In this document: one piece after another, positions 36,602 to 45,816 of the stretch
How positions within the stretch are numbered: position 1 is the first letter of the stretch
Layout of the letters: each line of letters opens with the position of its first letter
Origin: an uncultured Spirochaetaceae bacterium
GTDB taxonomy: Bacteria; Spirochaetota; Spirochaetia; SZUA-6; Fen-1364
Direction of reading: 5' to 3'
Assembly (NCBI GenBank): GCA_964353885.1
Contig: CAYGXO010000095.1
Location: 488 to 64,487 of the forward strand
DNA length: 64,000 nt
Position numbers and translations under genes: made by a program
The notes under the pieces: generated by a model
Told to the model about the DNA's origin: nothing
Databases searched by the model: none
What the model saw: the letters and a program-made list of their open reading frames with translations, nothing else

Positions 36602-37228
36602 ATGTACCGCGCGGTTCTCTTCGATTTCGATGGGACCCTCACGAAGCCCGGGGCGATAGACTTCGCCGCCCTGCGCCGGCTCCTGGGCTGCCCGCCGAAG
36701 GTCCCCATCCTCGAGTTCATTGACGCGCTTGGGTCGGTCGAGGCGCGCCGGGAAGCGCACCGCCTCCTGGATGACTTCGAGCTCGCCGCTGCTCGGGCCT
36801 CCGTGCCGAACGACGGCGCCGAAGCGCTTGTGCGTGGGCTCGGGCGCGCGGGAATCGCATGCGGCATTCTCAGCAGGAACAGCCTCGGCTCGATCCGCGA
36901 GGCGCTGGAGGGTTTCCGCGAGATCGGGGTGGAGGATTTCCCGGTCATCGTCACGCGCGAGGACGAGGGCAGGCCCAAGCCGCACCCCGACGGCGTGCAT
37001 CGCGCCGCGGGGCTCTTCGGCGTCGCGCCCGGCGAGATGCTCGTTGTCGGGGACTACGTGTTCGACATCGAAGCCGGCAAAGCGGCGGGCGCCGCCACGG
37101 CCTTCCTTTCCAATGGCGCGGCTATTCCCGTGATGGGCGTGACCCCCGATTTCATCATCGCCGCCCTCGGAGAGCTGAACGGAATTCTCGGGCTCTCGAG
37201 GACCGTCGGTCCTCAGGATCGCCTATAG
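36602..37228 (+). CDS. HAD superfamily hydrolase
   Basis: MYRAVLFDFDGTLT (motif I DxDGT), S/T motif ILSRN and motif IV VGDYVFDIEAG. The ATG at 36602 lies only ~12 nt after a TATACT box. Confidence 0.85.
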   Translation: MYRAVLFDFDGTLTKPGAIDFAALRRLLGCPPKVPILEFIDALGSVEARREAHRLLDDFELAAARASVPNDGAEALVRGLGRAGIACGILSRNSLGSIREALEGFREIGVEDFPVIVTREDEGRPKPHPDGVHRAAGLFGVAPGEMLVVGDYVFDIEAGKAAGAATAFLSNGAAIPVMGVTPDFIIAALGELNGILGLSRTVGPQDRL

Positions 37229-38421
37229 GCCTCGAGCGCGCGGGCGATGATGTCGACCGACAGCGCGATCGTGTCCGTCTCGAGCACGTAGGCGATGCGC
37301 ACCTCGTCACGTCCCTTGTCGGGCGTCGAGTAGAATCCCGCGCCCGGGGTGAGCATCACCGTGCGCCCGTTCAAGGTGAAGCTCTGCAGGAGGAACCGGC
37401 AGAAGTCCTCGGCATCGGCGACGGGCAGCCGGGCCATCAGGTAGAAGGCGCCCTCGGGCACGTGGAAGGCGACGCCGGGGATCTTCCCGAGGCCCTCCAC
37501 CAGAACGTCCCGGCGCTTCCTGTACTCGTCGCGGATCGGGGCGAAATAGCCGGGGTCCATCCTGTAGGCGGCGTCCGCCGCGAGCTGTCCCACCGTCGGG
37601 GGGCACAGCCGGGCCTGGGCGAACTTGTCCACCAGCTCCATCACTCCCTTGTTGTGCGAGACGATCGACCCGATGCGCGCGCCGCACGAGGAGAAGCGCT
37701 TGGAGATCGAATCGATGAGGATCGCGTGCTCCTCGAAGCCCTCCAGGTCCAGAAGCGAGGTGAAGCGCACGTGCTCGTCGTAGATGAACTCCCGGTAGAC
37801 CTCGTCGGAGATCAGGAACAGCCCGAACCTCTCGCACAGCTCCTGCAGGGTCTCAAGCTCGCGCCGGTCGTAGACCACGCCGGTCGGGTTTTCAGGCGAG
37901 ATGTACAGGATCGCCTTCGTGCGGGGGGTGATGCACCGCGCGATCTCTTCGCGGGAGGGAAGGCGGAATCCCTCGTCGATCGAGGAGGGGATCGGCACGA
38001 CTCTGGCCGAGATCATGGCGGCGAAGGCGATGTAGTTGGCGTAGAACGGCTCGCGCACGAGGATCTCGTCTCCTGGGTCGCACACCGCCGAGAGGGCGAA
38101 GAAGATCGCCTCGCTCCCGCCGACGGTCACCGCTACGTCGGACGCCTCGACGGCGTGCCCGTAGCGCCTGTAGTAGCCGGCGATGGACTCGCGCAGCTGC
38201 GGGATGCCCAAAGACGGGCTGTAGGCCAGCACCGGGGCGTCGAAGGAGCGGTAGGCGTCGATGATGGGCTGGGGCGTCTTGATGTCGGGCTGGCCGATGT
38301 TGAGATGAGCAATGCGCACGCCCCGCCGTTTCGCGTCATCGGCGAGCGGGGTGAGCTTGCGGATCGGGGACAGGGGCACTTCGCCCCCCCTCTTCGAGAG
38401 CGCGAGCCTTTTCTGTTCCAT
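37213..38421 (-). CDS. class I/II pyridoxal-phosphate-dependent aminotransferase (aspartate/aromatic type)
   Basis: 402 aa from the verified ATG at 38421, with the PLP-lysine context DSISKRFSSCGARIG and PENPTG. Confidence 0.9.
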   Translation of the reverse strand: MEQKRLALSKRGGEVPLSPIRKLTPLADDAKRRGVRIAHLNIGQPDIKTPQPIIDAYRSFDAPVLAYSPSLGIPQLRESIAGYYRRYGHAVEASDVAVTVGGSEAIFFALSAVCDPGDEILVREPFYANYIAFAAMISARVVPIPSSIDEGFRLPSREEIARCITPRTKAILYISPENPTGVVYDRRELETLQELCERFGLFLISDEVYREFIYDEHVRFTSLLDLEGFEEHAILIDSISKRFSSCGARIGSIVSHNKGVMELVDKFAQARLCPPTVGQLAADAAYRMDPGYFAPIRDEYRKRRDVLVEGLGKIPGVAFHVPEGAFYLMARLPVADAEDFCRFLLQSFTLNGRTVMLTPGAGFYSTPDKGRDEVRIAYVLETDTIALSVDIIARALEAYRRS

Positions 38422-38440
38422 GCGTGGTTCTCTCCTCGGC

Positions 38441-39085
38441 CTACGCGTCGCGCACGTCTTCGATGGCCAGCGCAAGAGGCGTGACGGCTTCCAGCAGCTT
38501 CTCGCGGCCGATGCCGTCGACCTTGATCGTGCAGAGCCCGCGCGTGGGATCTTCTCCGAGGAAGGTGCCCATCGCGATGATGTTCCCGCCCGCCCGGGTG
38601 ACCGCGTCGGTGAGCTTCGCGAGCTCCCCCTTCTGGTTGGGCACGATCATCGAAAGGCGCACCCCCTTCTGCCGTGCGCCGAACAGCTCGATGAAGAGCC
38701 TGAAAAGGTCGCTCTCCGTGATGATCCCCACGAGGGTCCCGCCGCGCATGACGGGGAGGCCGCCGATGTTGTTGTCGGCCATGATGCGGGCCGCCTCTTC
38801 GATCGGCACATCCTCGCCGACGGTGATCGTCTTCGCCGTCATCACCTTTTCGACCTTCAGCTTGGAGAGCAGCGAGGCGATCTCGTAGACGCTCAGCGTT
38901 GTGGCGGGGGAGGGGGAGGCGTACAGGAGGTCCTTCTCCGTGACGATTCCCGTGAGCCGCTCACCCTTGTCCAGCACCGGCAGGTGGTGGATCTTCTCGC
39001 GCTTCATCAGCGCCTGAGCCTCGGTCACGGGAAGGTCCGGCCGGATGGTGATGGGATTGCGCGTCATGCGTTCCTTCACGAGCAT
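38441..39085 (-). CDS. CBS-pair plus ACT-like domain protein (AcuB-like)
   Basis: 214 aa with two CBS motifs (HHLPVLDKGERLTGIVTEKDL; GGLPVMRGGTLVGIITESDL) and a C-terminal ACT-like segment. Confidence 0.8.
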   Translation of the reverse strand: MLVKERMTRNPITIRPDLPVTEAQALMKREKIHHLPVLDKGERLTGIVTEKDLLYASPSPATTLSVYEIASLLSKLKVEKVMTAKTITVGEDVPIEEAARIMADNNIGGLPVMRGGTLVGIITESDLFRLFIELFGARQKGVRLSMIVPNQKGELAKLTDAVTRAGGNIIAMGTFLGEDPTRGLCTIKVDGIGREKLLEAVTPLALAIEDVRDA

Positions 39086-39140
39086 GGTCGCCTCCTGGAT
39101 TCGCTGTCTTTGTCCATCCTACGTGCGCCGCGCCTCTTGG

Positions 39141-39962
39141 TCAACGCGGTCGCCTCACGGCCGCCCACAGTCCCGCCGCCCCGGCCAGGGAACCAGCCCA
39201 GCCGATGGTCTCCGCGAGCGACGGAGCTCCCGAGTACCCGAACAGCCCACGAAAAATTCCGCCAACGCTCCCCATCTCATGCAGCGCGGGGTAGCTCCCA
39301 TCGGGGCGCGCCGCGGGATTCAGGTCCCAGAGCCTGTCGATGATCGGCGGGATGATGCCCGCTTCCGACAGCTCATGGACGGCTCGGGCGACCAGGCCCG
39401 CGGCGAAAAGCACCAGGAGGACGTTCGTGACGGCGAAGAACGTCCTCATCCCCACGCGCCGGGACGCCCGCAGCAGGAGAGCCCCCAGGATGACGGCCGC
39501 GGCGAGTCCGGCAAGGCCGCCGGCAAACGCCCCCGAGGAAGATGGCGAGCCGGCGGCCGCGAGAAACAGCACAGCCTCGATCCCCTCCCTGAGGACCGAG
39601 ACGAACACGAGGAGGAAGAGGCCCCATGCTCCCCCCTGCATGCGGCTGGCTGTCCGCGCCTCGAGCTCTTCGCGGGAGCTCCCCCGGCGCGCGACCCAAA
39701 CGATGACCGTGGTCATCAGCACAGCGCCCGTGAGCATTGTGACGGCCTCGAAGATCTGTTCGGACCTGCCCTCGAATCCTCCGGCCAGCAGATGGAAGAG
39801 CGCCGCGCCCAGAATGCTCGCGGCGACGCCGGCCCCGATCCCCATCCAGACCTTCGCGCGCAGCATCCGCTTTCCCGTTTTCTGCAGGAAGCCGAGCACG
39901 ATCCCCGCCACGAGCACGGCTTCGAGAGATTCTCGAAACATGATGAGCAGCGCGGGGACCAT
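39141..39962 (-). CDS. FTR1/EfeU family iron permease
   Basis: 273 aa, polytopic, with two REXXE motifs (FRESLEA, LREGIEA). Confidence 0.85.
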   Translation of the reverse strand: MVPALLIMFRESLEAVLVAGIVLGFLQKTGKRMLRAKVWMGIGAGVAASILGAALFHLLAGGFEGRSEQIFEAVTMLTGAVLMTTVIVWVARRGSSREELEARTASRMQGGAWGLFLLVFVSVLREGIEAVLFLAAAGSPSSSGAFAGGLAGLAAAVILGALLLRASRRVGMRTFFAVTNVLLVLFAAGLVARAVHELSEAGIIPPIIDRLWDLNPAARPDGSYPALHEMGSVGGIFRGLFGYSGAPSLAETIGWAGSLAGAAGLWAAVRRPR

Positions 39963-39993
39963 GAGAAAAGGGTATCGATGCTGATCGAAAGAG

Positions 39994-41058
39994 TCAAATT
40001 TTGGGCGCGCTGCGGCGAGGCCGGCGACTTCGCGCCTTGCCCAGCAGCATTGCGATGCGGGCGGTTGCAGGTATCCTCTCGAGGACGATCTTCAGCGAGG
40101 CGGTGACGGGAACGGCGAGGATCACTCCCGCCGCGCCCCACATCCAGCCCCAGAAGAAGAGCGAAAGGAAGATCACGAAGAAGGACAGGTTCAGCCTTTC
40201 TCCCATGAAACGCGGTTCGATGAGGTTCGACACGACCACGTGCAGGACTGTGAGCGAGGCGGCGATCACGAGAGGCAGGAGGAGAGAATCGTACTGCACG
40301 AAGGCGATGAGCACGGGCATCAGGACCGCGCCGATGGGCCCGAGAGCGGGGATGAAGTTCAGGAGCGCGGCGAGGAAGCCCCACGTCACCGCGAACTCGA
40401 CCCGGAAGGCCAGCAGCAGGACGCCGGTCCCGATCCCGACCGCCAGGCTCGCGAGCGATTTGATGCCGAGGAAGGTCCTCAGGTGGCGGTCGATGTGCTT
40501 GAGCATGATGGGGATCATGCTGTGCCGGGTCGGGAAGACGGCGAGCATGATGCGGATGACCCGGTACTTTCCCAGCAGGAGGATGACGGCGAAGAAGAAG
40601 ATGAGGCCCGCCTCCGAGAGGATGCGCAGTGTCGAGCGGGCGGCGCTCAGCACGAGAGGGCCGACCTGGAAGCTGCCCAGCTCCTCCAATGGGTTCACGA
40701 TGTTCGGGATGCCGAGGGCGCGCTCCAGCCCTTCCATCGCAGCCTGCGCCCTGCCCACCAGCTCCGCCTGGAACTGGGGGAAGTTCCTTCCGAAACGGGC
40801 GAGATCGACGAAGATGAGCATCCCCAGCCCGAAGAGCAGCGCCGCGAAGAACGCGATCGAAACGATCGCGGAGGTCCAGAGGGGAAGCCGCCGGCGCTGG
40901 AGGAACACGACCAGCGGATCGATCATGTACACCACCAGCACTGTCAGCAGCAGCGCGATGAAAACGGGGGCGGCCAGGCGCAGGGCGGCCGCCCCCAGCA
41001 GGATCACGATCACGAAGAGGAGGCTGTTCGTCGTGCGGGCGGCGTCTGGCTGCGGCAT
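39994..41058 (-). CDS. AI-2E family transporter (PerM/UPF0118)
   Basis: About 354 aa, polytopic, with ...FIPALGPIGAVLMPVLIAFVQ.... The ATG at 41058 was verified. The track's upstream start at 41094 is also possible. Confidence 0.8.
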   Translation of the reverse strand: MPQPDAARTTNSLLFVIVILLGAAALRLAAPVFIALLLTVLVVYMIDPLVVFLQRRRLPLWTSAIVSIAFFAALLFGLGMLIFVDLARFGRNFPQFQAELVGRAQAAMEGLERALGIPNIVNPLEELGSFQVGPLVLSAARSTLRILSEAGLIFFFAVILLLGKYRVIRIMLAVFPTRHSMIPIMLKHIDRHLRTFLGIKSLASLAVGIGTGVLLLAFRVEFAVTWGFLAALLNFIPALGPIGAVLMPVLIAFVQYDSLLLPLVIAASLTVLHVVVSNLIEPRFMGERLNLSFFVIFLSLFFWGWMWGAAGVILAVPVTASLKIVLERIPATARIAMLLGKARSRRPRRSAPKI

Positions 41059-41144
41059 CACGGACAATCCATCAGAACCTCGGGGCGGTGTCAAGGGTTG
41101 CCTCGGGAGTCGCCCTGGGGTATGCTCCCCGGCGGGAGTACGCC

Positions 41145-41987
41145 ATGGCGAAACGCGGGTTCGCGCGCGACGGGTTCGAGGCGCGGCGGCGGAAGGAGCA
41201 CTTCGCCTTCCTCGTCGTCAAGTTCCTGAAGGCCTTCACCTCCTTCTCGGAGATCTACCGCGAGTTCAAGGAAGCATCGCGCCGTGGCTGCCTGTCGGGC
41301 TGCGGGCTTTTCGAGAAGGTGAAGGAGCTGGAGGAGAGTCTCGCCTTCGACCTGAAGGAGAAGGCCCACGCGCTGTTCCGCGCGCTCGCATCGCCTGCCG
41401 CGCGTCCCACGCGCTCTTCCGCGCGCGATACCCGTCGGCAGCTCGCCGAGCTCAGATCGGCGATCGAGACAAAATCCCTCGACTCGTACATCGGCACCGG
41501 TTTCCACCTCCTTCTCATCCTTCGGGAGTCCCTCTACCAGATCGAGCGCTACTCTCCGCAATACGAGAAGGAGCAGGAGGAGATCGGGCGCATCGAGGAG
41601 CTGGCGCGCGTGGTCGGCTACAGCCTGAGCCCGACGGAGAGGGACGAGATGGAGCGCATTCGCACGCTGGGCGGGATCAGCGCGTCGCTCGACGCCGACG
41701 CGCGCGACATGGCGGAGCGGATCATCGAGCGCTGCAACACGCTGTTCAAGGGCTCGGCGGAGGTCATTCGCCACATCATGACCGGCTCGAGCGACAACGA
41801 AATCCTCATCCAGAACCTGCTGCAGAACCGCGACCTGATCGAGGCGGTCTACGGGCTTGGGGCGGCCGAGAGCATCTTTTCGCAGCTGTGCAGCGGAAAG
41901 TCGTTCGCGGGAAAGACGGGGCTGGAGAGGGCGATGGCCTACGCGCGCGGCCGCTGCGGCAACGCTACGGCACTCCCAGCCTCTTGA
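41145..41987 (+). CDS. hypothetical protein (helical, K/E/L-rich, no recognised domain)
   Basis: 280 aa from the verified ATG at 41145. Its composition is that of real coding sequence (K, E, I, F, Y), unlike the R/G/P-rich alternative frames. I recognised no family motif. Confidence 0.55.
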   Translation: MAKRGFARDGFEARRRKEHFAFLVVKFLKAFTSFSEIYREFKEASRRGCLSGCGLFEKVKELEESLAFDLKEKAHALFRALASPAARPTRSSARDTRRQLAELRSAIETKSLDSYIGTGFHLLLILRESLYQIERYSPQYEKEQEEIGRIEELARVVGYSLSPTERDEMERIRTLGGISASLDADARDMAERIIERCNTLFKGSAEVIRHIMTGSSDNEILIQNLLQNRDLIEAVYGLGAAESIFSQLCSGKSFAGKTGLERAMAYARGRCGNATALPAS

Positions 41988-43140
41988 CGAGGAGCGTCGC
42001 GTAGCTGCCTCTCGGCAGGAAGAAGTCGAGCCTCAGTTTCCTCTTCCCCGAATACAGCTCGTCCTCCGCGGCCGGGGTCACGGCGAGGTCTTCTGGGCGC
42101 ACGAACGCGGTCCTCTCGACCCCGTGCGCGCTGATCCTCCGCATCTGGCGGACCCTCAGGTCCGAGAGCTGGATCTCCTCGCCGGCGAGCACGTCCTCGA
42201 CGATGCGCCGGACGTCCGGGTCCGGCAGGGCGCTGTCGTAGCCGGGAACCGGAAGCAACCGGGCGAGCAGCTCGGCTGCCAACCCGTCGGGCAGCTTCTC
42301 AGGGAAGAGGAACCTGCCGAAGCCGTAGGCGAGCTCCCGCACGGCGAACCCGCGCTCCGCCGAGAGCATCGCGATCCAGCGCGCGAGCACCTCATTGAAA
42401 AGGAAGGACTGGTAGGCGTTCAGAGCGAAAACCAGGAATCGCTTCTCGATCAGGCCGAGGGCGGCGTGGTGAGCGCGGGGATGCTCGCGGAGGTACGAGA
42501 GGATCCTTTCGTACTCTCCGAAGCCGAGGCCCGCGCAGCGCTCCCAGCGCCCCCAGTTGTCCGTCACGCACTTCTTGAGCTTCCGCGTCTTCTGGTCGTC
42601 GTGCTTCGACGGGGTGAAGTACAGCTTCAGGGCGGCCTCGCGCCTGCCGAGGAACATCTCCTTGCCCATGAAGCCGGCCTTGTGCCGCGCCGAGCCGAAG
42701 CGCTGCTCGTCGTAGTAGTTCGGGATCCCGTCGACAGCCGCGATCGCGGCGTTCCGCTCGTACAGGACCGTCTCGCGCTCGGTGAGGTCGCGCAGGGTGA
42801 GTGAGAACCTGTTGCCCCGAATCTCTTTCGCCGAGATGGCGCGGTCGCAGTACCCCGCGAACTCAAGCGAAAAGTTTCGCTCGCCGAAGGAGCGGGGCGC
42901 GCCCGGCAGGCCTCGCACGGAGACCAGCTGCGACGTGCGGCCGTGCCTGTCCTTCATCCCGCCGACGCTGATGTCCTCCCGCCGCACCCTCATGCGCCGG
43001 GCGAGAAGGTCGATGAGATCGAAGGTGTCCCAGGAGCTCTTCGACAGGCGGAAGACGGCATAGGGGCCCTTGCGGCTCGACAGCGGGTATTCGCTGACCT
43101 CCTGGACGAGGAAATCCTCCGGCCTCGCCTTGAGCTTCAT
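41965..43140 (-). CDS. truD: tRNA pseudouridine synthase D
   Basis: 391 aa from the verified ATG at 43140. Contains GGMKDRHG (catalytic Asp context) and NYYDEQRFG. It has an ATGA overlap with the upstream gene. Confidence 0.88.
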   Translation of the reverse strand: MKLKARPEDFLVQEVSEYPLSSRKGPYAVFRLSKSSWDTFDLIDLLARRMRVRREDISVGGMKDRHGRTSQLVSVRGLPGAPRSFGERNFSLEFAGYCDRAISAKEIRGNRFSLTLRDLTERETVLYERNAAIAAVDGIPNYYDEQRFGSARHKAGFMGKEMFLGRREAALKLYFTPSKHDDQKTRKLKKCVTDNWGRWERCAGLGFGEYERILSYLREHPRAHHAALGLIEKRFLVFALNAYQSFLFNEVLARWIAMLSAERGFAVRELAYGFGRFLFPEKLPDGLAAELLARLLPVPGYDSALPDPDVRRIVEDVLAGEEIQLSDLRVRQMRRISAHGVERTAFVRPEDLAVTPAAEDELYSGKRKLRLDFFLPRGSYATLLVKRLGVP

Positions 43141-43976
43141 GGAGCGGATCGTTCTGCGCGGTCCTTCAGGATGGAATGCAGCAGCCGAGCGCCTCGGCGC
43201 AGCTTGTCGGCGCCGCTCATGCCGGGAGAGAAGTCCTCGACAATCAGGGGGGGCGCGATGCCCGCGGCCTGGATCGCGGCGATCCAGGAGGGGATGTGCA
43301 GGTCGGACTCCTCCAGGGAGCAGAACTGGGACTCCAGTCGCTTGCACCCCCGCTCGTCCGAGCCGGCGACGACCCGGCGGCTGCCCCCGACATGCACGCA
43401 GTCGATGGAGTTCTTTAGCATCGATACGGCGAGGTCAGGAGCGAGCTCACCCTCGCGAGCAAAGCTCGCCAGGTCGAAGATGACCCCTATATCGCGCGGA
43501 TCGAGCCTGCCCACCAGGGCCCATGCGAGCCCCGGTGAGGAGGCGATGCTTCCCGTGCGCGTCTCGACGAGCAGCCGGATCCCCATGGGCCTCGCGAGCT
43601 TGCGCGCGACCTCCTCGTAGCGGGATGCCGCCTGCTCGAGCGCGGCGCGGCAATCGAAGGGCGCGGGAGGCAAAAGAGGAGGATCCAGGCGCATCCGTCC
43701 CGCGCCCGCCTCGGCGGCCCCCCGAAGGTGCAGGGCGATCGCCTCATCATCGTCGTCGACCCGGACGGCGGGGAGGGTGCCCCACGGCACGAGACCCGCG
43801 CGGGTGAGCCTCAGCGAGAGCTCCTTCCCTTCGGCGACGAGCCGTTCGGGGGCGAGGCTGAACTGGTAGCGGCGGATCCCGAGCGACACGCACAGCTCGA
43901 TCTGCTCGTCGAAGTCGATCTCGGGAAGCATGACTGCGCTGACGCCGAGGTCCATGGCCGTTTCCTCGGGCTTCAC
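43137..43976 (-). CDS. sugar phosphate isomerase/epimerase (xylose-isomerase-like TIM barrel)
   Basis: 279 aa with ...IRLLVETRTG... and ...IDCVHVGG... segments typical of the AP-endonuclease-2 / xylose isomerase-like fold. An alternative start is the Met at 43955. Confidence 0.65.
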   Translation of the reverse strand: MKPEETAMDLGVSAVMLPEIDFDEQIELCVSLGIRRYQFSLAPERLVAEGKELSLRLTRAGLVPWGTLPAVRVDDDDEAIALHLRGAAEAGAGRMRLDPPLLPPAPFDCRAALEQAASRYEEVARKLARPMGIRLLVETRTGSIASSPGLAWALVGRLDPRDIGVIFDLASFAREGELAPDLAVSMLKNSIDCVHVGGSRRVVAGSDERGCKRLESQFCSLEESDLHIPSWIAAIQAAGIAPPLIVEDFSPGMSGADKLRRGARLLHSILKDRAERSAP

Positions 43977-44033
43977 CCTACCACGGGGCGCGGGAGGCGG
44001 TACAGGGCTCGCAGTCCTGCGGTCCCGCTGGGA

Positions 44034-44063
44034 TTGCCCCGCGGCGAAATCCCGTAGTACAAT
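44034..44063 (+). promoter_or_regulatory. candidate sigma-70 promoter for the dehydrogenase-fucI operon
   Basis: TTGCCC (44034-44039), an 18-nt spacer, then TACAAT (44058-44063), 26 nt upstream of the ATG at 44089. Confidence 0.3.
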
Positions 44064-44088
44064 CAGTGCTCACGCAAAGGAGCATTCC

Positions 44089-45783
44089 ATGCAGCTACTC
44101 GAGGAGCTTCCGCAGCGGTTCCTCTCCTGGCAGCTGAAAGGCCAGGGACTCGACAACATCGGCGCCAAGGGAAGGCCGGACACGGTCGCCTTTCCCGTCT
44201 ACGGCGAAGAGAACCTCATCGCGCGCATCGACGCGGTGGGGCTGTGCTTCTCCGACATCAAGCTCATCACCGCCGGCTCCTCGCACCCGCGAATCGAGGG
44301 GCGCAATCTGGCGAAGAACCCCACCGTCCCGGGCCACGAGGTGACGATGACCATCGTCGGCGTCGGCGACAAATGGAAGGGGAAGTTCGCGCTGGGCAGC
44401 CGCTGGATCATCCAGGCCGATATCACCTACAAGGGGCGGGCTGTCGCGTTCGGCTATGCGATTCCCGGGGGCTTGTCGCAGTATGTCGTGATCGGCAGCG
44501 AGATCCTCGAGGGGGACGCGGGATGCTACCTTCTGCCCGTGAAGCCCGAGACCGGCGTGGCAGAGGCGGCCCTGGTCGAGCCATGGACGTGCGTGATCGC
44601 CTCCTACCAGATCGCCTCTCGCACCCGCATGCGCGAGGCGGCCCGAGTGTCCTTCGTCGGATTCCCCAAGGGCCAGGTTCCATTGAAGCTCGAAGGGCTC
44701 GAGGCCGGAACGATCGCGACCGTGGCCCACACGGGGCTCTCGGATGACAACAGGAAAGCGGTCGAGGAGCTCGCCCGTCGGACAGGAGCCGCGCTCGTCG
44801 CCCCGGATGCCCTTTCCGGCCCCGGCGCCGCGCCAACAGAGGTGATCTGCGCCGGGACCCCCGACCGCGAGACCTTCGCGAGGCTCGTGAACGCGATCGA
44901 TGCCGACGGCGTTCTGGGCGTGCACACGAGCGAGCCGGCGGTGGACCTCCCCGTCGACGTGGGCAAGGTGCACTACCGCGGGCTGGAGCTCGTCGGATCC
45001 TCCGACGGCGAGGTCTCGGCCAGCTATCGCGCGAACAACCGCGAAGCCCTCGTCGCGGGCGGCAAGACGTGGTTCGTGGGCGGGGCCGGACCCATGGGGC
45101 AGATGCACGTGATCAAGGCGATCATGGACGACAAGGGCCCCTCGCAGGTCCTCGTCACCGACCTCTCCGACGAGAGGCTGGAATCGCTGAAGCACCTGGT
45201 CTCGCTGATCTGCCGGGACTGCGGGCGCAAGGTCGCCCTGCGCTTCGAGAACCCGAAGGACCTGTCGGGCGACGAGCTCGACGGTTTTCTCTCCCGAGAG
45301 TACCCGGGCGGGTTCGACGACGTGGTGGTGCTCGTGCCCGTCGCCGCGATCATCGGCCAGGCCTCCTGCTACCTCGCCCCGCACGGCGTGATGAACATCT
45401 TCGCGGGGGTGAAAGTGGGGACGATCTCCGATCTGCCCCTCTCCGCCATTGTGACGAAGAAGGCGAGGATCACCGGCTCCTCCGGCTCGCCGCTTTCGGC
45501 CATGCGCGAGACCCTGCGCCTGACCGAGTCGGGCAGGCTCAGCACGGCCTACTCCCTGGCCGCCGTCGGAGACATGAACGCGGCCGCCAAGGGGCTGAAG
45601 GCCTTGATGGACAACACGTACCCCGGCAAGGTCGTCATCTTTCCCTTCGCCAACGGGATCGGATTGAAGTCGGTCCGCGAGCTCGCTCGCGATCTGCCGG
45701 AAGTGGCGCCGCTCCTTCTGGACGGCCAGTACTGGACCCGGGAAGCCGAAGGGGCATTCAGGAAGAGCAAGTATTTCCAGTAG
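44089..45783 (+). CDS. large (564 aa) medium-chain dehydrogenase/reductase-like protein
   Basis: The ATG at 44089 was verified, with RBS AAAGGAG. It has a GroES-like N-domain with PTVPGHEVT and a Rossmann segment WFVGGAGPMGQMHV. About 200 aa lie between the two, which is unusual for an MDR. Confidence 0.7.
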   Translation: MQLLEELPQRFLSWQLKGQGLDNIGAKGRPDTVAFPVYGEENLIARIDAVGLCFSDIKLITAGSSHPRIEGRNLAKNPTVPGHEVTMTIVGVGDKWKGKFALGSRWIIQADITYKGRAVAFGYAIPGGLSQYVVIGSEILEGDAGCYLLPVKPETGVAEAALVEPWTCVIASYQIASRTRMREAARVSFVGFPKGQVPLKLEGLEAGTIATVAHTGLSDDNRKAVEELARRTGAALVAPDALSGPGAAPTEVICAGTPDRETFARLVNAIDADGVLGVHTSEPAVDLPVDVGKVHYRGLELVGSSDGEVSASYRANNREALVAGGKTWFVGGAGPMGQMHVIKAIMDDKGPSQVLVTDLSDERLESLKHLVSLICRDCGRKVALRFENPKDLSGDELDGFLSREYPGGFDDVVVLVPVAAIIGQASCYLAPHGVMNIFAGVKVGTISDLPLSAIVTKKARITGSSGSPLSAMRETLRLTESGRLSTAYSLAAVGDMNAAAKGLKALMDNTYPGKVVIFPFANGIGLKSVRELARDLPEVAPLLLDGQYWTREAEGAFRKSKYFQ

Positions 45784-45816
45784 GAGCTGAGCAGTCAGCG
45801 AAACGAGGGGGACGAG

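Noticed and set aside
40001-42004. 667-aa plus-strand ORF
   Set aside because: It is antisense to the AI-2E transporter and then off-frame over the 41145-41987 gene. It is R/S/P/A-rich.
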